A stretch of 64,000 bases of DNA, from positions 114,328,001-114,392,000 of the forward strand of contig NC_091471.1 in the NCBI RefSeq assembly GCF_036971445.1, in the 5' to 3' direction. This DNA is from Narcine bancroftii (lineage: Eukaryota). Below the pieces are notes generated by a model. It worked only from the letters and a program-made list of their open reading frames with translations, was not told the DNA's origin and searched no databases. Below, piece after piece: positions 51,076 to 64,000 of the stretch (the stretch's first letter is position 1; each line of letters starts with the position of its first letter). Both the position numbers and the translations under genes were made by a program.

Positions 51076-52743
51076 TTTTTTTTATTTTCACAATGATTGG
51101 ATTCTGCTCGGAACTATAGCCCACAAATCACCTATCTAAGAGTATGTTTCTATGAGCTTTACTAATCCTGTGAGTGCATTTTGCATCTGACTCATTGCAC
51201 AAGATTCCTCACCAGCTCTGGCTCTGCATCTTTTTCATTGCAACATTTATTACATCAAGTTAGACTCTGCACAAGGTTCATTGCACTGAGCTGGTTTGAG
51301 CACTAAATTCCAGAGTGACCTGTGTAATGTCCTATAATTGTACTGGCAGTTGTTGTTTGGAGAGGGGATAAGGAAAGGACTATTTCTCCAGCTCAGATCT
51401 CGGCCAGTTTGACTTCATTGAGGTCACTGTTTGCTTCCTGTGGTTCATCTCCTTTCCTGTCTGACCACTTCCCAACCTCTGCTCCTTTGTGTTCCTTACA
51501 GCTTGTCAGTAAGCACACCTTCCTATATTGTAAATGGCATGTACATCCACCAAGTATACTGAATGCAAATGTTCCATCTCCAGATTCCAAGATGCTTGGT
51601 GCATTGCAAGGTATTATTAGAGCCCAAAATACTGAAGATCACTTTCTATCTCCAAGTTCCAGTCACTGTCATGACTAGGGACAGACGTCCCAACTATGCA
51701 CCAGCCACTCTCCTTTCCAGGTTGCTTGGCGATGGACACTGTCTTCACAGTTCAACAAAGCTCCTTGATCTAGTGAACCAATATATGATGTTGAACATAG
51801 AATCATGGAATTGTACAGCAGGGAATTCCAGTTCAATTGGGTTTGTTTTATTCTTTGGAGTTTTTCCACATGGGGATTAACAAAGAAAGCCAAATAGTGT
51901 TGATTGGTTCATAGTGCCAGTGTAGTCTGATCTGAGCATTTAGAGTTGTTTTCAAAGCTAAACCAATCCAAACGTATCACACAGCTTTTGTGGCCTGTCT
52001 AGCTGACAGTATCTCAGAGATAAATCCAGCGAAGGGGATTGAAGGACCAATAAGGGAGGAGAAACTCATCCCTGGGGACTGGGAAAGAGGAAGCATATCT
52101 TCCTCATGGGTTTTCAGTAATTATTCATTTTTTTCAAACAAACATTTTCTGACTTCAGGTGCAAAACATTTAAGAATGGTGTAGGTAATGGAATGGAAGG
52201 TCCCACTGAAATACCTAAACCATTGTAGGCAGCGTAGATCAAAGCATTAAATTACAAAGTAGTTTTAATAGATTAGGTACATAGAAAGAAATATGGCAAA
52301 CTGGTGCATAAAGAGTAAAAGAGAGGCAAGAGTGGACATTAGAGACCACTGGAAAATGCTGGAGAAATGGTAACAGGGAACAGAGAAATGAATAGATATT
52401 TTTCATTTGTCTTCACTTTTGGAGAGACCAGTGACGTGCCAAAAATTCGAGAGTGTCAGGGGAGAAGTGAGTGCCGTCGCGACTACTAAGGAGAAGGTAC
52501 TTGGGTAGTCGAAGGGGGCTGAAGGTGGATAGGTTACCTGGACCGGATGACTACTTCTGAAAGAGGTATACGAAGAGATTGTGAACACATTAGTAATGGT
52601 CTTTCAGGAATCACTAGAGTTGGAAATGATGTCAGGGGATTGGAAAATTGCAAATGTCACTCCACTCTTTAAGAAGGGAGAAAGGTAAGCAGGAAATTAT
52701 AGGCTGATTACCAGACTTCAGGGGTTGGCAGATTCAAATATTA

Positions 52744-53600
52744 TTAAGACCATAAGACATAACAGCAGAAATAGGATATTCAGCACATGAAGTCTGCCCT
52801 GCTATTCAATCATGAGGTGATCCATTTTCACACTCAGCCCCACTGCCCAGCCTTTTATCTTTGATGTTCTGGCTAATCAATAACCTATCAATCTCTGTCT
52901 TAAATACACAGATTGACTTAGCCTCCACAACCACCTATGGCAACAAATTTCATAGGTTGACCATCCTTTAGCTGAAGAAATTCCTGTACTTTTCTGTTCT
53001 TTAATCCTGAAGTTGTGCCCTCTTTTCTTCGACTCTTCCACCATGGGAAAGAACCTTTTGACATCTACTCTGTCATTGCCTTTTAACGTTCAAAATGTTT
53101 CAATGAGATCTCCCCTCATTCTCATAAATTCTAGTGAATAGAGGCCAAGAGCTGTCAAATGCTCCTCGTATGCTAAACCTTTCATTCCCAGAATCATATT
53201 GGTGAAACCCTTTTGTACCCTATCTAATGCCAGCACATCCTTTCTTAAATGAGGAGCCTAAAACTGCTCACAATACTCCAAGGGAGGTCTCACCAGTGAC
53301 TTATAAAGACCCAACATCACATCCCTGCTCTTATATTCTATTCCTCTTCAAATGAATTCCAGCATTCCATTTGCCTTCTTCGTCTCAATATGCAAGTTTA
53401 CCTTCAGGCCATCCTGCACAAGGACTCCGAAGTCCCTTTGCATCTGAGCATTTATAATATCAGACAAAAATAGTCTGCTAATTTTTTTCTACTGTAAACT
53501 TTCCAACATTCTATTTAATTTGCCACTTCTCTGCCTCTTCTTTTAATCTGTCAAAGTCCTTTTGCGACCTCTGTATTTCCTCTACACTATCTGCTGTTCC
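52744..53600 (-). mobile_element. 5'-truncated CR1 nested antisense in the older CR1
   Basis: Tail taagaccataagacat; parallels 6627-7560. Confidence 0.85.
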
Positions 53601-54097
53601 ATTGGTGGATGAGCTTTTGGAGTATTTGAAAGCAAGATAAAATAGGCCAAAGTCAGTGTGGTTTCCCTCAGGGGAGGTCTTGCCTGACAAATCTGTTGGG
53701 AGTTTTTTGAAGAACTAATGAGCAGGACAAAGGAAAATCAGTGGATGTTGTTTACTTGGATTTTCAGAATTCCAGAAGGCTGCACGTGAGACTGCTAAAG
53801 AAGACAGAGAAGTTCATGGTATTACAGGTACAGGTAAGGCATGGAAAAGAAGATTCTCTGATTGGCAGAAGGCAAAGGGTGGGAATAAATGGGGCCTTTT
53901 CTGACTGGTCGGTGTTCCACAGGAGTTGGTGTTGGGTCCATTACTTTTCATGTTGCATGTAAACAATTTAGAGGATGACATTGATGACTTTGTGGATAGG
54001 TTTGTGAATGATATGAAGGTGGATTGAAGAAGCTGCAGAGAGTCGTGGATGGGTTAGGAGAAGAGACAAAGTAGTGGCAGATGGAATGTAGTGTAGG

Positions 54098-56895
54098 TGT
54101 TGTGTCTCTGTGTTACTTGGGAGGCTTCTTAAATAACTTAGAGATGCAAGATTCAAATAACAATAGAGACTTTACTTACTGACATCTTCCACCATCACAG
54201 GACACTGTTCACACACACTTGTATACATATACATATGCCCCACAGTGGTGCACTCCAGTTACTACAGTGAGAAGGGTGTATTCGTATGCGGTTACAAAAT
54301 AGTTCACATTATCCTGACTATATAACATCCTTCCTTCTCAAGATAAAGAAGTATTTAGCATTCTTTATTGCTTTCTTTCCAGTGCAACTTAAATAACTGA
54401 CTTGTACACTAGTTTATTTACTCAATTATTTTTAAATAGTTCTTATCGATATCGCCATCTTGTGGATTTGGCTGTGACTGTTGGGCTCTGTGTTGCTGGT
54501 TTACGTGTAGATGATGTAGCTTGTTGTGCTTCACCTGACAACTGCTGTGTTGATGTTTCAGTATTAGTGGTTGTGGTCTCTTCACTTGATACCTCACTTG
54601 ATATTGGTGTTGCAGGCTTTGCTGGTATTAAAGCTTTCTGCTTCTTGTGTCAGCTGGATGTGAATTCTGTTCCTCCTCAGCTGATTGCCAGAGTCTGTCT
54701 CAACAATGTATGATGTCTCAGCTTTTCTGATGACCTTCGCTGGGGTCCATGTTTTCAACATCGCCTCTTGAATATGCACGTGCTGCCCTCTGAAGACTTC
54801 TGGCAATGTTTGTGCGTGTTTGGTATAATGATGGTGTTCCTTCTTCTTGCACATCAGTCAGTCTTCTAGTTTCCTCCTGGTCTTCTTGAGGGTGTATTTT
54901 GCTTGGCTGGGTTGTTTTATATCTCCCTCCATTTAGTTCTATTGGGGTCTTCATGTCAGCCCTTAAAGCTGTTGCTCATAATGACAGAAGAGCTAGGTAT
55001 AGGTCTTCTTTTGTTTCACGACACTTAACTAGTGTACGTTTCACAGTTTGGACTTGTCTTTCAATGAACCCATGACCTTTGGGGTAGTATGGGGATGATG
55101 TAGTGATAACAAACCCATACTCTGCCGCCAGCTTTCTGAATTCTTGTGATGTGAACTATGTTCCATTGCCACTTATTACTTGCTCGAGTATTCCTTGAGC
55201 GCTCTTATTTCTGAGGTGATAGTTGACGTTCTCAGGTCTTTCACCCTATTGATAAATGGAAACTTGGAGAAGTAACATGCTACATTTAAATACCACTCTT
55301 GATTCTCGGTGAACAAGTCTGCTCCCATTGCCTGGCAGGTACTTCTGTGGAAATCATTTCCTCTTTTTGCTGTGTGTTTCTGTACATTTAGTGTATCTTC
55401 TTCATCTGGATCTCATAATTGACACATCAATTGCAACCCTGCAGCTATCCAGTCCTGGAATTGCTGGTCCATCTGCATCTACCATGTAGAATGTATAGAG
55501 CATGTTCTTTCCCTTTTTGAAACTATTGATCTTAGCTCTCCCTAGCTGCTTGATCATGGATCCACCATAGGCTGTTAATGTGACATTTTCTATTTTCAAT
55601 GCACCGTCTTTTGGATACCCTTTTATTGTGTTCTCTGGGAACATCTGACAGTAGAGTCTGAGTGGAAGGACATTGCTTTATGATCCAGTATCCAGCTTCA
55701 CCTTTAGGTTAAATATCGTCGGCTTGTTCTGGATTCTCCTCTGAATTTGGATCTTTGTGTGCTTCTTTCTTTCATCTCACCCAACATCTCATAAAGGTGC
55801 ATGGATTCCATGTCCAGTATCTGGGTGTCGGAGTCCTCATTGTTGTTTCCTTTTATGTGGTGGATCTTCTTGTCTTTTTTCTTCACTAATATTACTGTTT
55901 TCTTTATTCCAGACTTGCACATCTTTGCCCAGTGGTTTGCTTTACCATATGCATGGCATATTTTTCGGTCATCAAAAGGGTGCCGTCTGCCATACTTCCT
56001 GCAGGTCTTGGGGGTTTGCACTTTTATGATTGTATTCTTTATAACATCAACCCTTTCCTGTGGGTGGGTCTACATAGATAGGGATTTCATTGCGTGCTCC
56101 TGGCTTTGAAGGGTCTGGCTGTATCTAGCTTCAAGCTATCCTTCTCTATAAGAGCCTTTTGCTCTTCGGGATGGGCACTCCCCCATATTAGTCGATCAAC
56201 TAATCTTTCGTCTATATCTTTAAATCTGCATTTTGCAGCAACAATTTTTAGTCTAGTGAGGAAGTTGTCAACAGCTTCATCAGTCTCTTGCATTAAGCCT
56301 CGAAATTCATTGCGGTTAATTCTATGATTCGATTTGGGTTCAAGGTGAGAAGCAAACTTTGCAAATATCAGCTCTAGATCATTTTTCTCCACCTCTGTAA
56401 GCTCCCAGCTATAAAATATGTCATGGCCTCGCTCCCCTCTCCAGAGAAGTATATAACTGACCTTCTCCTTGCTGTTGAATGTTAAATTACACACCTGCTG
56501 AAACTTTTTAAATGATTCAACACTGTCTTCATCCTCCCAGTCCATCATTGGGTGACCTGCTGTTGCTCCAGCCATTTTTTTTTTTCAGTAGTGTATTTTC
56601 TCTTCTTCCCCTTCATATTTCAGTGACTTACAATCAATTGTATGACTCTTATACCACTGCCACCAGGTTATGTCTCTGTGTTACGTGGGAGGCTTCTTAA
56701 ATAACTTAGAGATGCAAGATTCAAATAACAAAAGAGACTTTATTTACTGATGTCTTCCACCATCACAGGACACTGTTCACACGTAATCGTGTACATCGAC
56801 GTAAGTCCCACAATGATGAACTACAATTACTACAGTGAGAAGGGTGTATTCTTATGTGGTTACAAAATAGTTCATGCTATCCTATCTATATAACA
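54098..56895 (-). mobile_element. Mag-like Gypsy deletion derivative (gag, protease, partial integrase; no RT/RNase H)
   Basis: LTRs 54098-54327 and 56666-56895; PPT gagaaggaagga; gag ORF 56087-56575; knuckle CHAYGKANHWAKMC; protease KLDTGS at about 55685-55703; integrase tail SYIVETDSGNQLRRNR. Confidence 0.9.
56653..56665 (-). promoter_or_regulatory. Canonical tRNA primer-binding site (tRNA-Leu type)
   Basis: TGGTGGCAGTGGT directly after the 5' LTR; matches TGGTGGCAGCGGT, the complement of the tRNA-Leu 3' end, with one CpG transition. Confidence 0.8.
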
Positions 56896-58839
56896 TGCAC
56901 TTTGATAGAAGGAATAAATAAGTAGACAATTTTCTAAATGGGAATAGAATTCAGAAAACAGAGGTTAAAAGGGACAGGAGTCTTAGCGCTGGATTCCCTA
57001 AAAGTTCACTTACAGGTTGAGTCAGTAGTAAGTAGGAATCAAATGCAATGTTTGTATTCATTTTGTGAGGACTAGAATATAAAAACAAAGAAGCTTTACA
57101 AGCATTTTGGTCGGACCACGTTTGGAGTGTTGTGAGCGATTTTGGCCCCCATATCTAAGGAAGGGTGTGCTGGGATTGGAGAGTATCCAGAGGAGGTTTA
57201 TGAGAATGATTCTGTGGAGGAGAGGAGTGCTTGATGTCTCTGGAGCTGTACTTGTTGAAGTTTAGAAGGGGGGATGGTCTCATCAAAACATTCTGAATAT
57301 TGAAAGGGCTGGATATGGTCGACATGGATAAGATGTCTCCAGTAGTGAAAAAAGTCTGGGGCCAGAGGGAACAGCCTCAGAATAAAAGGAAGTCCCTTTA
57401 GAACAGAGCTGAGGGGAAATTTCTTCAGTCAGAGAGAGGTGAAACTGGAGAATTCAATGCCACAGACTGCTGTAGAAGTCATTGGGTGTATTTAAAGCAG
57501 AGGTTTCTCAGTTCTTGATTAGTAAGGGCATCAAAGGTTATGGGGAGAAGCCAGGTGAATGGGGATGAAAGGAAAAAGAAACATCAGCCATGATTTGAAT
57601 GGTCGAGAAAACTTGATGGCAGAATGGCCTCACTGCTGTCAGATACAGGGCCACTTATCAATGGTTAGGAATAATCCAGAATGACGTGTTGATGCTCTTT
57701 GTACCATCCTGGAATTTTCTTTTAAAGCAATGAGTTTTGATTTTGAATAGAAGTGCACACCTCATGTTTTGATTAATTCTCCATCTGTCAATTTGCAAAT
57801 GCTTCACCACGTGAATGATAATATTAAACTGGAAATTGTTGTCGGTTGAAGTATAATAATCTATTTTATTCAAATTACTCAGATAATAACCACAGAACTT
57901 TGTGATGCCACAAAGCTTTGTGAGACTATTATTTGAGCCTCCCCCTTCCATAGCTTGCTTTTCTCTATGAGTGCAAACAGTGAAGAATCATTTTACATTT
58001 TGTCTATTCTTTGTTCTCATTCAAATATTTAGCCTCACCATGTCTCAGTTGGAAACATGTGATTAACTGAAGAGCTTAGTCTGCAAATGCAGTCAATATT
58101 TATATTGTATCATTTTACAAGCCATCCTTTCAAACTGCAGCTAAAAGCTGTTTACTTACTTCCAGTGTGGTGTGACCCGCCTTTCTCAGAGAGGTCCGAC
58201 TCAAAGCAGTTAAAAATTAAACCAGCTGCAAGAGGTGGCCTGCTAATCCAGATATTTATTCAGGTGGTTGTCTAACTCATTTGCAGACACTAGTTTTTCC
58301 AGTTGTAAGCAAAGGTGCAACATGAGAAAAAGTCAATTTTCCTCTTTTGCATTTTGTAAATTAAATTCTTAATTAAGATGCATATTCAAAACACAAGCAT
58401 ACATTCTTACTAATGTGTCTCTTCCAAATGTCATGCAAAAGATGAGGGATGATTTTGGTTTCTTTTTTAACATAGAAATCTTAACAGGTTATGAATCTTG
58501 TTTAAATTAAAAAAAAACAATTACTTTCATAAAGAGAATACAGTTTCCTGACACTTTTGACTGGCTGCCATCCGTTGAACTCCAGTAAATGTGCCCTTTT
58601 TAGAAATTCAAATTACAATATCAGGACATGACCTTTTGAAGGAGGAAGTTGATCTTAGGAGTAAATATTGCTAGCTCAAGAGAGGGAACTGTGTACAAAG
58701 GGAAACCAAGGCCCAGAATTTCCTGGAACCATGAGCCACCTCTGCTCACTGTTCACCTCTAAATCTGCACTTTGTGTGGAATCTCGGCAGGAATTTCCCG
58801 AACACCACTTGAAAAGTCACAGAATATTATATCCTTGTC

Positions 58840-59260
58840 CTAGAGAGATACAGCACAGATACAGATTCTTCAGCTCATCAGGTCCTTGACAACCATTATC
58901 CTCCAGCATTTCTATGTGTTTTTACTATAATCACAGCATGTGCAGGCTTTTGTGTTTTAACCATCATCCCCCCCCTATGCACACTTATCCAACATTAATC
59001 TTATGTATTATTTTTCCCACATTCTCATCAATGTCCCTAAATCTCTAACACTCATCTACACCCTAGGGACATTTTACAATGGCCAAATCCACTCATATTT
59101 GGGATGTTGGGGGATGGGGTGGGGAGCGAATTAGAGCAGTCCGAGGAAACCTATGCTGTCACAGGGAGAATGTGCAAACTCCACACACACAGCACCTGAC
59201 ATCAGGGTTGAACCTGGTCTTTGGTGTTGTGAGTCAGGCATTATATAATCTGTGCCATTA
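58840..59260 (-). mobile_element. V-SINE/HE1-like SINE containing a 57-bp insertion (58902-58958)
   Basis: Core gtcacagggagaatgtgcaaactccacaca and head cagggttgaacctgg; the insert is flanked by AACCATTATCC/AACCATCATCC. Confidence 0.65.
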
Positions 59261-60072
59261 TATGTTGCTAATTATCAACACAGGAAGCAATGTGTATTAT
59301 TGGAGTTGAATCTACTTGCAAAACAATTGAGTGAACTTTGGTTATTATTTGCTTGTGTCTGGGGTCAGAATAATTATAAGAATAAATTGATAATTTGACC
59401 CACCTTCATATGCAAATAGCTACTCAGACCTGTCTCAGTGAACAGGGGCTTTGCTCATTCCTTAAAGGTTGGCAAATGACAACAACTACTCTAAAGAATG
59501 CTGATATTTTTTAATGTATCCCTTGACTCCAAATGAAGTAAAGGGAGAGAGAGAGAGGAAAAGAAGGGGCAGGGAAGGTTTTTTTTCAACTTACTCCTGA
59601 ACTGAGGATCTTAATAGAGACTGGCGAGGATATGAAGTGGGAGAGATGAGAATGCTGCAGAAAGCTGGAATCTCTCTGATTCAAACCTGCAGCCAATTCT
59701 CTCTTTAAATAAATCTGAGCAATTTTCTCAGTATATGCGGGTAGCAGTTGGCAACGTGACCTGTGTCATTTCTGCATTCCAAATCAGTGGCTAAAACATT
59801 CTGTGACTGCTGGTTAACAACCGGTTTTTATTTATGTGACACATTTTATGAGTTTACAAAGAGCTGTTGAAATCTGGTGCATTGCACAGTGAGTTCCCAC
59901 AAACTGCTCTGTGAAGATCTTTCGATGTTGAGGAATTAATTTTGGTCCAGGCACCAGGTATAGTTCGCATGCTTTTCTCAAAAATAAAATACTTGATATC
60001 CATCTGAGAGAGCAGACAATGTAATTTATATTTGCATACACACATTCCTTCAGTAAGGCACATAAACTGGAG

Positions 60073-60439
60073 CAGTGGTTCTCAACTCCTTACTTTCCAC
60101 CACTTTAAGTAATCCCGATGCTAACGGTGCTCTGTGATTAGTAAGGGTTTGCTTAAGGTGGGATGTGAGTGGGAAGGGAAGGTTGAGAATCACTGCTCAA
60201 GACCCAATTGTTACTGAAATATTTTGCTTGAGTAAAATTGTCATTGGCCCATTTCCTTTGGAGTCATGAAACCGTGCACATAATGAGTCAATTAGGTACA
60301 ATTAAAACAGTGGTTTTCAAACTTTTTCTTTCCACCCATGTATCACCTTAAGCAATCCCCTACTAATCACAGAGCACCTATGGCATAGGGAATACTTAAA
60401 GTGGTATGTGAGTGGAAGGAAAAAAGTGGAGAACCACTG
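60073..60439 (+). mobile_element. Complete Charlie-type hAT MITE
   Basis: CAGTGGTTCTC...GAGAACCACTG termini; 8-bp TSD AACTGGAG/AACTAGAG; long inverted arms 60073-60195 and 60308-60439. Confidence 0.93.
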
Positions 60440-60599
60440 AACTAGAGCATGAGTTTTTTTTTCCCAAGTCATTGGAACATGTTGAATAAACCCCAACCTT
60501 TTGAGTCAAAACCAGGTGTGCTGCCCACTGAGTCATAAGGCATGATTAAATATGGCATCAACTTTGCTTATGGTGCTAATTTTGTTGGAAATGCCACAA

Positions 60600-60920
60600 A
60601 ATCCCACAGCTTGTGAAGCAGGGACTCCCAGCTCCAGCCATCCAGGTTCAATCATCACCTCCAGTGGCTCGCTGCAGAGAGTTTTTGGGTTCTCCTTGTG
60701 ACTACTTCTTCCAACAACCCAAAAGTGTGCGAGAAAGTCCATAAATTGGCCACAGTCAATTGCCCCTAGAATCCACATGAGTGATAGAAGCTGAGGGGCA
60801 GGAATGGGGGGTTGTGAATGTTGATGAGGGAATGTGTTCAGATAAAATGGTAAGATTAGAGCTAAAAGATGATCAGCAGAACATGTGAAGATGAAGGGCC
60901 TGTTTCTGTGCTGCATCTAT
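60600..60920 (+). mobile_element. Degenerate V-SINE-like SINE
   Basis: cagctccagccatccaggttcaatc (B-box-like), aattggccacagtcaattgccccta, and a CR1-like tail gaagggcctgtttctgtgctg. Confidence 0.55.
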
Positions 60921-61172
60921 GATTTTAGCAGTGTTTGAGATATTGGAGTTCCCTATTCTCAGCTGTACTCTACAACTGATCTGCAGCTGTTAAACAGTCA
61001 AGTAATGCCACACTTTGATTGATTGCTCCATAAGATAATCTAGGAAAATTCAATTACTTTCCTGGAGTATTAGTCAGTTCATCAGCATACATGCCTGGAA
61101 ATGATAAAATTTAATAGGGCCAAATTTCTATCTTTAAATAGCCATTACAGTATAGAGTATTAGAGTATAGAG

Positions 61173-61351
61173 CACTGACAAAGACAAAGGAGGAAAAACT
61201 CAACACCCAACCCCAACCAACCAATTTTCCCTTGCAACCACTGCAACCGTGCCTGCCTGTCCCGCATCGGACTTGTCAGTCACCAACGAGCCTGCAGCAG
61301 ACGTGGACATACCCCTTCATAAATCTTCGTCCGCGAAGCCAAGCCAAAGAA
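61173..61351 (+). mobile_element. RTE 3'-terminal fragment
   Basis: Matches about 29640-29820. Confidence 0.9.
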
Positions 61352-62309
61352 AGTATGGACAGTTGTAAGCAGAGGACAGGTGGGCTTGTTGTAAAGCAGA
61401 AAAGAAAAGTCTGCTGGATTCCTGCATTTTTTTCTTGTCCATTTCCACCCAGTATGTTTTATTCCCTAATCTTCACCAAATGGGAGATTGCGGGCACGTG
61501 AGAAGGAGTGAAGCATAAAAGGTTTACAGGTAAGAAATTGGTTTCTATTTTTAAATACTCAGCTCAGTTTAAAATTTTGGCTGGGGTATTCTCTTCTCAA
61601 TTGGCAGCTGGAAGGTCAGCAGATTTTGATATTTCTGCATCTACTGACTCCCTCCCAGCTGAAAATCATGCCCTGTGTTATACAAAACGAGCATTCAGAT
61701 ATTTCATAATAGAGGAAGTGTTTACTGTCAACAGAAATAGCTGGTGTGCATTGTGAAGGTTATTGTCTCCTCAGTAAAATTGCAATTAGCACTTTTCAAT
61801 ATATTGTTAGTTTTACTGCATTTTTTTGCCTTTTTTCCATGAACCTGTGTTCATGAAACAGCGAGATGAATTCATTTAGGGCACCCCCTGCCAACATTAA
61901 TGTCTCTTGCTTCGGCCATTTTATGTAGTTGCTTTTAATCATCATAGCTTTCGCTGGGTGCCTGAATGTGAAATGTTTCCTTGTGCTTCAGCTAGCATTC
62001 CAATCCTGAGTGAACTTGCCAAATTGTATTGAGTTAGAGCTATTTTTCAGCTTTTGGCCAGTGGCCAAATGGAAGTGGAATGGATTACATGTACTGATTT
62101 CATGCAGGGTTGCTACTTCTGGATGATGATATTCTTACCTGTTATTTTGAAGCAGACACGAAGACTTAGGACAGTATTTATTTTGTTTGGAAATGAAAGT
62201 GCACGGCCACACCAATCTCCTTGCCCTATGATGTTATGCTGTGAGTGATTGGAGATAATAATGACTTATAAACACGCAAGATTAATGATAATGATAAGTA
62301 ATGATAAGA

Positions 62310-62820
62310 TCAATGAAGGCCTGCCTTCAGGAGAGTGAATCCAAGGAAAGCATCCAGGCCAGATGGAATACCTGGCCGAGTACTGAAAACCTGTGCTGAC
62401 CAAGTTGCCAATGCATTTACAGGTATCTTCAATATCTGATTGGCAGGGCATGGTATCCAATTGTTTCAAATAGGCCTCAATCATACCGGTGCCTTAAAAG
62501 GGTGTGGTAACCTACTAAATGACTACTGTCCTGTGGCACTCACATCCACAGTGATGAAGTGTTTTGAGAGGCTGTTATTGAAGCATATCAGCTCCAGTCT
62601 GAGGCGATAACATGGATCAATTCCAATTTACTTAAAACAACAATAGGTCTATAAAACCCTGGAACACCTGGACAGCAAAGATATATACATCAAAAAGTTC
62701 TTTATCAACTACATTTCAGCATTCAACACAATCATCCCATCAAAACTGATTAGCAAACTCCAACACTGGCCTAAATGCCCCACACTGTAAATGGATTCTC
62801 GATTTTCTTATCTCTAGACA
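62310..62820 (+). mobile_element. Rex1/Babar RT fragment
   Basis: [23 protein letters not shown]...VALTSTVMKCFERL...FINYISAFNTIIP. Confidence 0.85.
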
Positions 62821-62869
62821 CTATCGTGAGCTTTGTGGCTTAGCCTACACCATCTGCCTGAGCTGGTGA

Positions 62870-64000
62870 TGCACTGAACAAATTCTACCTGAACTCTGAG
62901 ACGAAAAATGACATTGCAGCAAAGACCACCTTTCCTCCAAATGACCAGGTGCTGTGCCTTGCTGTGGCTGATGTGCAGAGAGAACGAGGCAAGGCCAATC
63001 TACGGAAAGCTGCTGGACCGGATAACATTCCTGGCGGAGTGCTCAGGGGATGTGCGGCTCAGCTAGTGGATGTTCTCACTGACATCTTTAACATCTTCCT
63101 GAGTAGTGCTGTGGACCCAATGTGCTTCAAAGCCGCTACCATGGTGTCCGTGCCGAAGATGTCATCTGTGTCCTGCCTCAATGACTCCCGCCTTGTCGCA
63201 CTTACACCTATTGTCATGAAGTGTTTCAAGAGGTACATCAAGCTTCTGCTACCTTGGCACTAGACCTCCTGCAGTTTGCATACAAACCCAACTGCTCTAC
63301 GGATGATGCCACGACCACTGCCTTCCATCTTGCCCTCACTCACCTGGAAAATAAAGACTCGTATGTTCGAATGTTGTTTATTGATTTCAGTTTGGCATTC
63401 AACACAATTATACCACAGTACCTAATAAGGAAGTTGAGTCTGCTGGGTCTAAACTCCCCCTTTTGCAATTGGATTTTTCACTTCCTGTTGGGGAGACCTC
63501 AGGCAGTCTGGATCGGTAACAGCACCCCCAAGACCATCATACTGAGCACGAGGGCCCCCTAGGGCTGCGTGTTTAGTTTCTCTGCTATTCATTCTGCAGA
63601 TAAACAGAGATCGAACTACATCATCAAGTTTGCTGACAACAAAACTGTGGTGGACCTTATTAGAAAGAATGAGGAGTCAGCGTACAGAGATGAGGTGCAG
63701 TTACTAACGGACTGGTGCAGAGCCAAAAACCTGCATCTGAACGTTAATAAAACAAAAGAGATGGTTGTCGACTTCAGGAGGGCCCAGGGGGACCATGTTC
63801 CATTGACGATTGACAGCTCGACTGTTGAGGACATCAAGAGTTCCTTGGAGTGCACTTGGCAGAGAGTCTCACCTGGTTCCTTAACACCAGCTCCTTAGCC
63901 AAGAAAGCCCAGCAGCACCTCTAATTTCTGCAAAGGCTGAGGAAAGTTCATCTCCCACCCTCCATCCTCATTTTATTCTTCAGAGGATGTATTGAGAGCA
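62870..64000 (+). mobile_element. Second Rex1/Babar RT fragment, running off the window end
   Basis: [59 protein letters not shown]. Confidence 0.9.

Larger units (their letters stand above)
52270..57630 (+). mobile_element. Old CR1 ORF2 in three pieces (about 52270-52743, 53601-54097, 56896-57630)
   Basis: Colinear CR1 sequence (gattggaaaattgcaaatgtcactccactcttt; DVVYLDFQ; 3' end aaaggttatggggagaag) split by two insertions. Confidence 0.8.

Overview
Eukaryotic, transposon-dense, apparently gene-free 64 kb. The repeat mix (CR1 with a (CATAGAAA)n tail and esterase ORF1, Rex1/Babar, RTE/BovB-like, V-SINE-like, Charlie-type hAT, pogo) suggests a vertebrate, most likely a cartilaginous fish; that assignment is inference. 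I found no supportable host exon, RNA gene or CRISPR array. All recognisable coding sequence is decayed retrotransposon or transposase sequence. One chromodomain-less Ty3/Gypsy lineage dominates, with four two-LTR copies from different families (6009-13177, 21487-24937, 38685-42943, 45183-49939) and two solo LTRs; five of the six have 5-bp TSDs. Two signals stand out in this lineage. (1) There is no tRNA primer-binding site. The bases right after the 5' LTR are instead the reverse complement of the LTR's own poly(A)-signal region, and the two co-vary between families. (2) YY1-like (GCCATCTTG) motifs cluster at the gag-pol junction in all four families, with ETS-CRE composite motifs in two. Also present: two Mag-like Gypsy relics (one with a normal tRNA-Leu PBS), a full-length RTE with a structured, minisatellite-bearing 5' UTR, a nested-TIR hAT MITE, two recent local inverted duplications and a ~92-bp target duplication. 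Coordinates were counted by hand, and boundaries of old fragments are approximate.
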